From Caecitellus pseudoparvulus (taxonomy: Eukaryota > Protista > Bigyra: Bicosoecida), in the NCBI GenBank assembly GCA_965644315.1, contig CBFFRQ010000006.1, forward strand, positions 62,001-126,000: a stretch of 64,000 bases of DNA, given 5' to 3'. The position numbers were made by a program, and so were the translations under genes. Below, piece after piece: positions 54,261-64,000 of the stretch. The stretch's first letter is position 1. Each line of letters begins with the position of its first letter. Below the pieces are notes generated by a model. It had not been told where the DNA came from. It did not search any database and was given only the letters and a program-made list of their open reading frames with translations.

Positions 54261-56333
54261 TCAACCCATGCCTGGCAGGACGCTGTCTTTCACGCCCGTC
54301 ACACACCAGTTGCCCCGTTCCCACCACGCCTTGGTGACGGTGGCGCCAGGCGTCGCAGCCACAAGCTCTGCCAGCTCCCCCTCCACGTACACGTGGCAGT
54401 AGCGCTGGAACACCACTCTGTCCGCCTCGGTATCCACATTGCCACCCCACGCTTCCGCCATGCCCGCCACTGGGGCCTCCTGGCCGGGCTCTGGGCGTGG
54501 GCCCCCCGGAAAGGCAGGCGCTTGTGTCAAGTATGCGGTGCGGAACTTCCACGGCACCATGACGTCCTGGGCTTCGAAGGTGCGCTTGCTGTCAGCGCCC
54601 TGCTCCTTCGCCCACGCCTGAATCATGAACGTGCCGCCTGGGCGCAGCACACGCAGTACTTCAGCCACGGCAGCCGCCCGGCGCTCTGCTGTGGACAGGT
54701 GGTGTAGGACTGCGATAGAGATGGCGGCGTCAGCGGCGCCGCTGCGCAGCGGCACTGCCAAGCCGTCCGCCGTCAGCGCGTTCAGCCCGCGCTCCCCACA
54801 AATCGCCGTCAGGCCGGTGCTGATGTCAGCGCCAATGCAGGCCAGCTGTCCAGGTGGGTCTGTGACTGTGGGCACCATGTACTTCCCATTCCCGCAGCCC
54901 AGATCGAAGACGAGGGAGTGTGGCGGCAGACCCTGCAGAAAATCCCGCACTGACGGCCAGGGACTGTGGCGAGTGCCTGAGAAGTGCCGGGCGATGGCGT
55001 TGTACAGCTTGTGCACATGCTGTCGCTCGACATCTGGTCCTGTCGTGCCAGGGTCGGTGATGTCGGTTTCCGCAGCGCCTGCGGCGTCTGCACTGGCTGG
55101 CGCGCAGTGCGCAGTGGCTGCTCCGCAGTCCACGTGGAACGCAGTAGAGCTGACAGCCGGAGCAGGCCGCTGGCTTGCTGCTACACAGTGTGCTTCAGGA
55201 GTGCTGGAGCTGCCGTGCGCACTGGCAACTTGCGCCTTGAGGGCTGCTGAGAGCAGGACGTCGGGTGTGTCGTCAACGGGGGCGCTGGGCGTCTCAATCA
55301 CTCGGCGGAAGGTGATGGAGACACGGTGCCGCCGCGGCTGCAGCACGCCATCAACGCAGTCTGTCTTGCGCTTTGTGATGCCGTGGGTCCAGGCATACCG
55401 GGCCCGGCCCGTGATGACCATGGCTGAGGCGGGCGGCAGCAAGAGTCCGACGCAATCTGGGAGTGCTGACTCAGCCGGTGTGGCTTGGGGCAGTGCGCAA
55501 GGAACATCGCTACAGTCGGAACGCTCGAAATTCATGACGATGGGCGCGCCCAGTGACAGTGAGACGACTGTGCTGTCGAACACCTTGGGGTTGTCTAGGT
55601 GCCCCGCGATGCCTTGCCCAGGGGCATACGCATTCACGGTGCACTGGTCCAGAGGGTGCGGAATGAGGCCTGTGGCCCGCAGGCGCTGTGCAAGTGAAGT
55701 GATGAAGGGGGGGATGGGTGTGGGCGTCGCTGTCCAGTCCACTGCGCGGCGTGCGTAGTCGAAGCAGTAGCCGTAGTGCACGACCCGCCGGGCGAGGTTC
55801 CCCGAGTCACCTGCCCGCTCGGCAGAAATGCACTGCAGCAGCTGGTCATGCTCTTCGGCAGAGATGAAGTCGTACAGCATGTGCATGCCCTGGATGGGTG
55901 GGTGCTGCTTGGACGGTACGTTGGGAGGGCGTGGGCAGCGCTTGCCGCCGACCGCATCAGCTGGCATGGCTTCTGCGTTGAGAAAACGCCCCGCCTGCCC
56001 CGCTATGGGCGAGCGGTGCAATCGCACGGCCATGTCCTCTGCAGCCGACTCTTCCCCAGTGTACAGGATGAGCTCCCCACGGTGGGGCCTGAAGTGCAGG
56101 CGGGTCACATGTGGGGCGCTGTCACCAGTGGCAGCCAGGACCGAGGTGAGAAAGGGCGCGACTGCCTCATGGTCCCCCGCACCTTCGGAGCTGCAGGAAG
56201 CCACCAGTTCCCTGCATGCTTCGCCTGTCACCTCCATGCCAGAGAGCCCCTTCGTCAGCTTCTTTTGCCACGCCACTCGCACAGCATGCTCGGGTGATGC
56301 GTGCGGAAATTGCCCCGCTGAATCGGCTGCCAT
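54261..56333 (-). CDS. ALKBH8: ALKBH8 (AlkB dioxygenase + Trm9-type tRNA methyltransferase), ~690 aa
   Basis: RRVVHYGYCFDY, DQCTVNAYAPGQGIAGHLD, WTHGITKRKTD, RVSITFR; ERQHVHKLYNAIARHFSGTRHSPWP, DLGCGNGKY, SIAVLHHLST, FQRYCHVYVEGEL. Probable start is MAADS at 56333. Confidence 0.92.
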   Translation of the reverse strand: MAADSAGQFPHASPEHAVRVAWQKKLTKGLSGMEVTGEACRELVASCSSEGAGDHEAVAPFLTSVLAATGDSAPHVTRLHFRPHRGELILYTGEESAAEDMAVRLHRSPIAGQAGRFLNAEAMPADAVGGKRCPRPPNVPSKQHPPIQGMHMLYDFISAEEHDQLLQCISAERAGDSGNLARRVVHYGYCFDYARRAVDWTATPTPIPPFITSLAQRLRATGLIPHPLDQCTVNAYAPGQGIAGHLDNPKVFDSTVVSLSLGAPIVMNFERSDCSDVPCALPQATPAESALPDCVGLLLPPASAMVITGRARYAWTHGITKRKTDCVDGVLQPRRHRVSITFRRVIETPSAPVDDTPDVLLSAALKAQVASAHGSSSTPEAHCVAASQRPAPAVSSTAFHVDCGAATAHCAPASADAAGAAETDITDPGTTGPDVERQHVHKLYNAIARHFSGTRHSPWPSVRDFLQGLPPHSLVFDLGCGNGKYMVPTVTDPPGQLACIGADISTGLTAICGERGLNALTADGLAVPLRSGAADAAISIAVLHHLSTAERRAAAVAEVLRVLRPGGTFMIQAWAKEQGADSKRTFEAQDVMVPWKFRTAYLTQAPAFPGGPRPEPGQEAPVAGMAEAWGGNVDTEADRVVFQRYCHVYVEGELAELVAATPGATVTKAWWERGNWCVTGVKDSVLPGMG

Positions 56334-56770
56334 TCTGCCCTGCGTGGGAGTGGGGAGTGAGAAAAGGCTGCAGCCACGTGGAGCAGAGAAAGGGGACACT
56401 ATTCTTGCTTGGCTCCCCCGCACTTCACGGCGCTGGCACCTCATTGGCCGGTGCCGGGCTTGGCAGCTTGAGGATTGTGTGCCAAAGTCTGGTTTTGGTT
56501 CACGGCTGCGGTTCGCGGTGGCAGATGCAGGGTGCATTGCCACCCGCCCTTCGACACTTCCCAATTCGGCTGCTGACTCTTCCACGTCCAAGTGCTTCAA
56601 CCCCACCCCCCATCTCCTCTGCTCTCCAGTGCCGTGGCTGCTTGGTGTCTAGCGGCGTTTCGTCGGAGTGTGGAGCGGCAACACGCCGGCCAGCGACCAA
56701 AAGCGTTGACTGTGCTTTGCGGCTGCAGAAGGTCCTGTGGCGCATCTTATCGTAGGAAGAATTGTGTGCC

Positions 56771-58435
56771 ATGGCTCGTCCCTTCGACCTCGTACTATTC
56801 GGTGCAACAGGGTTTACAGGTGCGTAGAGCTGCTTTGTCGACATCGCTGCCGTGTGCGCAGAGTAGCCCCCTCCCGCTGCACACAGGCCGGCTCGTGGCA
56901 AAGCAACTGTTGAAACACGGAGGCAAGCTCAAGGTAGGCTTCGCTGGCCGCAATGGGGCCAAGCTTGCCGCAGTGCTGGTGAGTGGGGGAGGGGCTTGGG
57001 GTCACGCGTGGGCGTCGAAATCCGCATTTGGCAGCTGCCCGTGCTTCAGGCACATGCGACGAGCGCACTGCCACACGGCGCTGTTTTCACGCAGGGCGAG
57101 CTTCCAGGAGGCAAGAAGGCGTCGGTGGTGCAGGCAGACGTGACTGACTCCGCATCTATCGAGGCCATGGTGCGGTCAACGCGGGTGCTCATCACGACGG
57201 TGGGCCCCTTTGACAAGTACGGCGAGTGTGTGGTGAAGGCGTGTGCTGAGGCAGGGACTGACTACGCTGACATCACAGGGGAGACCTGGTGGGTGGAGTG
57301 CATGCAGGCCAAGTACGCAGAGGCTGCGTCCAGCTCTGGCGCAGTGCTCGTGCCCATGTGCGGGGTTGACTCCGTTCCCTCTGACGTCACCGCCATGCTG
57401 GCAGCCCGACACGCCACACAGCAGTTGGGCACAGGCGTGTCAGTGGGCCACGCATACTTTACTGGCATGGGGGGCGTCTCAGGCGGCACCATTCACAGTC
57501 TCTTGGGCGCTCTTGAGGCGCCAGACAAGGGCAAGCTTGCCGCGCACCCGTGGGTGTGTGCGCGCATGGACCTGCCTGCACCCGCATCTTGTGCCCCCAC
57601 CACCGGCATCGGGGGGGGTGCGCGCCCCCCTGCCCGCACCGCTGCCACGCCCCCCGTTCGCGCCTCCCCCGCCTCGTTCCTGGCCCCCATGACGGAGATG
57701 CAGAGTGTCGCTGCAGACTTCCCCCTCTTCCCGGTCTGGGATGCCGAGGCTGGCGTGTACAAGGCCCCCTTCATCATGGCGCCTGTGAACACACGGGTGG
57801 TGCGGCGCTCTGCCGTGCTGCACGGCATGGCTGGCATTCCCTACAGCGTCGCCGTCACCCCCTCCTCCCCCCAAGCCCAGCCGTACCTGTACACAGAGCA
57901 CATGCCTTGTGCCAACTGGTTCCTCGCCCTGGGCATGTGCTGGTTGACGGCACTGGGCGGCCTGCTGCTGGCCTTCCCGCTCACCCGCTCTCTCCTCCTG
58001 CCCTTCCTCGCCTCACCTGGTCAGGGCCCATCCCCCAGCACCTTGCAGTCGGGCTGGCACCGTGTGGTGCATGTGGCCACTCCGACTGACCCAGACCAAC
58101 AGGACCAGCGCATCGTGGCAGCCATTCAAGGCGGTGAGCCTGGGTACACCGCCACCAGCGCCATGCTGGCCACCTGTGGCATCCTGCTGGCGACACAGCG
58201 AGACACGCTGCCTGCAACCCTCGTGCATGGGGGTGGGTTTCTGACGCCAGCTGCCGCCTTCGGCGTGGCCCTGCCTAAGGCACTGGCACAGCGGGGGGAT
58301 TTCGGCGTCTACGTGGACACAGTGCCACGGTCCGAGCTGCAGGCCAAGCTTGCTCCCCTACTCAGCTCAACCAAGCAGGCGCCAGGCGCAGAGCTGGTTG
58401 AGCCAGGCGTTGCCCGCGGGCAGGTCGAGTGGTGA
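56771..58435 (+). CDS. Saccharopine dehydrogenase-like oxidoreductase (SCCPDH family), ~493 aa, 2 introns
   Basis: MARPFDLVLFGATGFTG (Rossmann), intron 56820-56886, FAGRNGAKL, intron 56979-57094, TTVGPFDKYGECVVKAC, DYADITGE, CGVDSVPSD, SGGT, PFIMAPVNTRVVRRS, GGFLTPAAAFG. Confidence 0.9.
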
Positions 58436-58690
58436 TGCGAGCACGACTCTCGTGCAAAATGTAATGCCAGTGGGCGCCGAATGTGCCTGGTTGCCGTGCG
58501 TGCTTGCAGTCGCTGGGCCGCATTGCATAGCCTGTGCCGCAGCGCTGGCCAAGTTGGCAAGGCCCGTTGGAAGGCCAGCCACCACGCCGACGCCACTGCG
58601 GGGGCCTTTTTCTCAAAGCCGCGGGCAAGGTCATCCCACAGGCATCCAAGAATTCCCACACCCCAGTGTCCCACCAGCTTTGCACATTTT

Positions 58691-61600
58691 ATGGCGGGCC
58701 AGGCAGACGACGCGCTGCTCTCTGTGCGCACGGCGCTGCGGCATTTGAGCGAGGCCCAGGATGCCGCACAGAGCGAGGCCGCAGCAGAAGACTTGCTTGC
58801 CACGCTGAAAGTGCACTTGGCAGAGGAAGAATCGTTTGGTGCGCATATGGCTGCTTGCTTGTGCTTTTGAGCTCGCGGCGGCGCTTTCAAGGTCTTGTTC
58901 CCTTTCTCGAGCCGTTGCAGACCAAGTGCTGGCTCTGGTTCTGTCACCGGGAGCTGACAAGGGCTCCAGCAGTGTGCTGGAAGCCCTGCGCGCTGCCCAG
59001 GCACCGCATCTTGAGGCATCGTATGCAGCATGCCGGGGCCTCTTGTACTCAGCCCTGGAGAAGCTGATGGTAGCGGACGCAGCATTCAGCCCGTGGGCTG
59101 ATGACGTCGCCGCGGTGGTGCTGCGGGGCGCCATGCACGAGGAGAGCAGCAAACTGCGGGAAACAGCCTGCTCCCTCCTTCGCAACATCCTCACGCGCTT
59201 CCCAACCAGCCAAGTTGCAGTGGGGGAGGAGGCATACTCTGCGCTGTGGGCCCAGCTGCGAGACGGGCGATTTGCCAGTGCCCAAGGCCAGGCAGGGGAG
59301 GTGCTTGCGCTGCTGGGGGTCATTGTGCTGCGACAGGGGGACTGCACGACTGCAGGTGATGCAAAAGTGCTGTTGGCTCACTGCATCCACGCTTTGCAGC
59401 GCGAAATGGGCACCTCTTCAGGCGCTGCATCGGCATTCTCCACCACCCATGCCGGGCCACGCATGCAGGTCATTTGGGGAGCGTTTCACGCCACCACGTC
59501 CCTTCTCACTGCTCACCCGAGCCTAGTGTGTAAGACCACCGATGCAGGGGCTGCTGCTGCACAGAGTGTGTACACCCTTGCCTTCCAGCAGGGCACGACG
59601 CTGCCAGAGCACGTGAAGCGCTTCTCTGCATTGGAAGCCGCTGTCGAGCTTGTGAGGCGGCATGCGCGCCTCTTTAAGCACCTCTTGTGCTCCACAGACG
59701 GTCCACGATGCTGGGTGCGTCTGCTGCGGCTGGTGCACACGAAGCACAAGTATTTGGCGGCGGGGGCGCAGACGGCGGCTATGGCTGTCACAGAGGCCAT
59801 CGCTGATGCAAGTACAGCGCAGACTGAGGGCGACAGGCCACCACAAAGTGTCATTTCTGAAGTGTACAGGGCTTTATGTGCCAACCTGCTCTTGATGGTG
59901 CAGGGTCAGCCTGCCATTGCGCCAGGCGACGAAGGTTCCACAGTGCCAGCTGACTCGTGGCTGTACAAGCCCAGTGCTGACTTGAACTTGGCCCTGCACG
60001 GCATCGGCGCGCTGGCTCCACTCGTGGTCAGCATCGATGGCCCGGATGCTGCTGCATCCTTGGTGCCTGTGCTGCTCAAGGCAGCTGCTGGTGTGGGTGG
60101 TGAGTCAAGCAAGCCACGCCACGGCAGCACCAGGCACGGAATGGCAAGGACGCCCCACGTGAGCACAGCATGTGCTGCGCTACACGCGGCAGCTTGCCTC
60201 TTGTTCACCCTTCCAGAAAGGCACGTTGCAGCTGGTGTGTGGACGGAGGTCAGCACCTGTCTCCACAAGCTGACAGTGTTGTTCCCGACGCTGTTTTCTG
60301 TTGGACGCTCGCCGCGGCATGCGGTGGTGCAGGCGATCCTCATGAGCTTCCTTGCAGCCCGTGAGCATAGCGACGCACTGCTGTCTCTCTCTAAGGCATG
60401 GACGTCTAGTGTGCTTGCCGTGGCCAGCCATCCCGGCCACTTCGCCGCCGAGCTGAGCCGCTGCACTGGGCAAAGCACAGCTGCGGCGCCAACCTTCTCA
60501 CACCCCGTGACAGGGGAGCCTGAGACATCCCCAGCGTTCGAGTACGGTGTGCTCATCGCTGAAGTGGTGCATCCTTCTGCCTCCGGCAGCCTAGGCATTC
60601 TGAAAGCCACCTTGCGCAGGCTCGGGTGCCAGAGTACCTCTCAGGCAATGAAGGCTGTAGCCAAGACGGTCAGTGTGGCACTGTGCAGGGAGCTGCATGT
60701 GACACTGGCGGCGGTCAACCTCGGCGTGACTGTTGCTGAGGCACAGCAGGGGGCAGATCCAGATGCCGTGGAGGTGCTCCTTGCATCTGTCCGCACAAGT
60801 GGAATGGATGCTGCACTGCCGAAAACAGAAAGTGGAGCTGCTTCCAGCCACACAATTGTGCCTCTGAAACCAACAGACATGATTACCTTTGTTGGGCTTG
60901 CAGATTGCTTCTGCACGTTCCTTCCTATGGTGCCTGGCGCTCTGTGGGCTTCCGTCGCCACCGACCTCCTCAGCGTGGCTTGCCGCCAAGCCAGGCGCTT
61001 TCCCCACGTGGGTGGACTGTACACGCTGGTGTCCGCAATCGTGGCGACAAGCCACCAAGGGGGGGCATTTCAAGGCATGGCAGCGTCCGCTGCGTCTCAG
61101 GTTAGAAGTGCTTGCCGCGCAGTGGCCCAGCTCGCATCCGCCACAGCAGTGGCGTGCGCCTACCATGCCCCTTCACTTCAAGTGGCATCGGTTGGGTTCC
61201 TGCTTCGGCTTCCCCAGCCAGTGTTCGAAATTGCCGGGTCAGGCGCAGATAGCATTGCATCCATCAGGCTGTCGGCTTGCCTGGCAGCATTGCGGTTGGG
61301 GTTGTCAGCTGCAGGCCTCATGGGCCAAGCCGTCGCTTCCCTGCAGCGCTGGCAAGCTACAGACCCAGCGTCGTTATCTGCGCACCTGCCTGAGCTACTT
61401 CCGTTGTTGAAGCCGCTTGTTCTCAGCGAAGGGCAAGCAGGCCCCGGCATGGATGTGGCAGCCGTAGGTGATTCTACTTCACGTGGGCTCTCGTCTGGAG
61501 TGCAGCGAGCTCGCCGAACGGCAGCTGGGGCGCAGCTCGCGCAGCAATTTGACAAGCTGAAGGCTTCAATGGAGGATTCGTTGGTAAAGGCTTTTGGTCA

Positions 61601-64000
61601 GGGCATTTTGCTGGGTGGGGGATTGGCGGAACACAAAGCTCTCTTCCCGCGAGAAACCGACGCAGTGCTGGATGCCAGCAGTGCAGCGGCAGGGCTGGCT
61701 CACTTTACTGGACAAGACTCCACAAGCACAGCAGAGGCAACCCTGCAAGAGTTGAGGGTGTGCGTCTTTCACTTTCTTGGAATGCTGGGCTCTAGCGCAG
61801 GACTACTGGAGGGGGAGCTTCAAGCGGCAGCGGCAGATGCTGCGGCTTGGGGGGACTGCGCTGACCCAAGCAGCTCTCAAGCGCTAGAGTTCACTGTGAA
61901 CTTGGGATCCGAAGAGCTTCGCCTGCCCTTGGCGAGGCTGTTTCCCCAGGCTGTGGCGGCTGCGCAAGGGGCGCCCACACGCTCTGCTCGGGTTGCAGCG
62001 CTGGAGCTCGTTCACGCGATGTTTCTGTCCATGCTGGGGCAGATGGCACATCACTCTGGCTCAATGGCCTTTCCTGATACATGGACACGCACACTTTCTC
62101 GCGTGACGTCTCATGTGGTAGAATTCGCAGCCTCAGGGGAGCGCGTGGCTTGCCAGCTCTTTGAGCCGCTCCTGCAGCAGCAGGCAGCATTTCTTGCCCA
62201 TGCATGGGGCAAAGAGACCCGGTGGAGGTCAGCTGGGAAGGACTTTCTGGACCTGCTTCTAGGCTTGTCCAAGGCGAAGGACCCGCGGGTCCAGCAGGTC
62301 GTGGCTGCCGCAATGGCGCAGGCGGTCAGGTGGGGCATCAAGTCGACGACTGAACAGGCGCTGGAGCAGGGCCTGTCTGGCAGGCAGTCGGGGTCCACAC
62401 CCTTTGCCTTGGCTGCTGTGCAATGCCTCGTCGCAGCGGCAGAGCACCCCCTGCCACAGTGCAGATTGGTAGGGGCAAATGCTTTTGCACAGTGCTACTG
62501 CGTGTTTGGCAAGGAAATCCCCCTCGCACTGAAGTTCTCCGTACCCCTGGCGCGGTCGTTCCTTGCAGCGTGCATTGCTGAGCCCCGACATACCACTGCA
62601 ATAGCATCCGACGAGGTCCACGCTGCTGTGTCGACTGCCCTGTCACGACTGAAGCGAATCCTGGTTGAGTATGCGCCATCCTTGCAGGAGGAATCGACGG
62701 AGCTGCTTGAGTTCTGCTGCCAACTTCTGAGCCACGAACAGTCAGCTGTGCGAACGCAGGCTATCCGCATGCTAGATGCACTTGAACCGGAGGTGCACAG
62801 AAAGCCAGCTCTTTTCCAAACTGCGGGTCGTTCAACGCCGCGGGGTGAAGCCAGCTGCAGAGTGTTTGTGGAAGCATTCGAGCGGGGCGCCTTTGCTGGC
62901 CCCTTTGCTTTGAAGTGTTTGAGCTGGGCACCAGCCGTGTCATCGGAGTTCCAGTTGGGTATTTTCCGTGCTGAATCCAAGGCATGGCCCGTCTCCGATT
63001 TGCGCAGTCTTGTCACGGCAGCGTCCAGCGCTTTGCACTGCTTCGCGCTGGCTCTGCGGCGAAAATGGCTCACAGTGCATGAGATCCTGGACCTGGCCAC
63101 GCGCGTCGAAGAGGGAGGAGCTGCTGCGAGCAGTCCTTCCCGCACTACTTCGAGGCTGCTCCCAGTGATCTCGTCACTCCTACACGTCCAAGCCCCTTCG
63201 CGCTGCTCACAACCAGGCAGTCCTGAGTCTTCCCAGCGACTTGTTGCCAGGCTGTACTTTTACATTTGCCAGCTCCTGCAGGAGGCCCTACAAGGTCCCG
63301 ATCATAGCACGCTGTTTGTCGCCCAGGAGCTGGAAAGTTGCGGTTTCCTCTCGGCAGCCCTCGTGCGGGACTTGCTCCTTGTGGCGGCGATGCCTGAGGT
63401 CGTGGGTGCGGATTGCCTGGACCCGCTGGCCAGGAAACGCATGCCAGGCGAGGTTCGCTGTGTGCTGGAACTTCTAAGCAGTGCTGGAATGTCTAGCCTG
63501 TTGTCTCAGGGACTACACCAAGCCAGTTCTTTGGCTGCTGCACACTTTGCACAGGAGCTGCCTTCAAGCATGTGCATGGCGCCTGTTCTTGAGGTCTACT
63601 TTGACGCTGGTTTAGGCGATCTCGTCAAGGATCAGGCGCCCTTACTTCTCAGCGGGGCAGGGTCTGCAGAGGCCGCCTTGCTTGCAGCTTGTGTGCAGTA
63701 CATTACAAGTCAGACCGAGCCCCGCCAGGGCCCGGCCCACTCTGCCCTGAAGTGCAGTCTGCTCTTGGGCTGCCCACTGATCGACGAGGGGACTCCTGAA
63801 GGCTCGTGCTCTTCTTTATTGGGGGCATTGCTGAGCACCAGCCCAGCAGGGGTGGGTGAAGTTGGTGCTTGTACAAGGGGGGGTCTCATGCGGGCATTTG
63901 CCGCTGACTCGCGCGAGTGCTACTCTGCCTTGTGCTCGGAGAAGCACCTCCCAAGCGTGACCGCTGCGCTGCGAGCTGTGTACTCGGCAGGTTGGCGCAC
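58691..64000 (+). CDS. PRKDC: DNA-dependent protein kinase catalytic subunit, N-terminal HEAT region (3'-partial)
   Basis: Exon 1 58691-58838, intron 58839-58920, then a frame open wherever spot-checked, running off the window end. PLARLFPQAVAAAQGAPTRSARVAALELVHAMFLSMLG, VACQLFEPLLQQ, AVRWGIKS, AEHPLPQCRLVGANAFAQCYCVFGKE and KRFSALEAAVELVRRHARLF align by eye with conserved DNA-PKcs blocks (e.g. [51 protein letters not shown]). Confidence 0.82.

Noticed and set aside
52855-58435. Functional cluster of cysK, ALKBH8 and SCCPDH-like (sulfur / tRNA modification)
   Set aside because: There is no shared pathway evidence; adjacency is expected in a compact genome.
1-64000. CRISPR arrays, rRNA, tRNA, intact transposons or endogenous virus/virophage
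   Set aside because: No repeat-spacer arrays, RNA gene motifs, integrase/transposase/capsid ORFs or long low-GC insertions were seen by eye.

Overview
Gene-dense, GC-rich (roughly 60-68% in coding DNA) eukaryotic nuclear sequence with short GT-AG introns (58-116 nt, donor mostly GTGCGY) clustered at gene 5' ends. This fits a compact protist genome, probably a heterotrophic stramenopile-type flagellate (inference). About 18 genes were reconstructed by reading the sequence: a partial unknown ORF, a 715-aa unknown, a 1770-aa protein with a pore-former-like N-terminus and a WD40 propeller split by 8 HERC2/KEG-like SH3 repeats, a PG-repeat protein, GET4, a secreted PDZ+PA protein, calcineurin B-like, a ~6820-aa FG-GAP multi-TM surface protein, a repeat-rich 1156-aa protein, FSH1/OVCA2, an SSXT-domain protein, a small mitochondrial protein, a TmcB-like PAS membrane protein, cysteine synthase, ALKBH8, SCCPDH-like and the N-terminal part of DNA-PKcs (missing from the ORF track). 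The two most unusual objects are the giant receptor, built from 12 six-repeat FG-GAP units in an A/B pattern, and the split-propeller toxin-like protein. Also notable are an AT-rich, possibly HECT-derived pseudogene, two perfect palindromes carrying bZIP/bHLH cores, and a convergent gene pair with overlapping stop codons. No rRNA, tRNA, CRISPR or intact mobile element was recognised. All family assignments come from motif recognition by eye; no database search was run.
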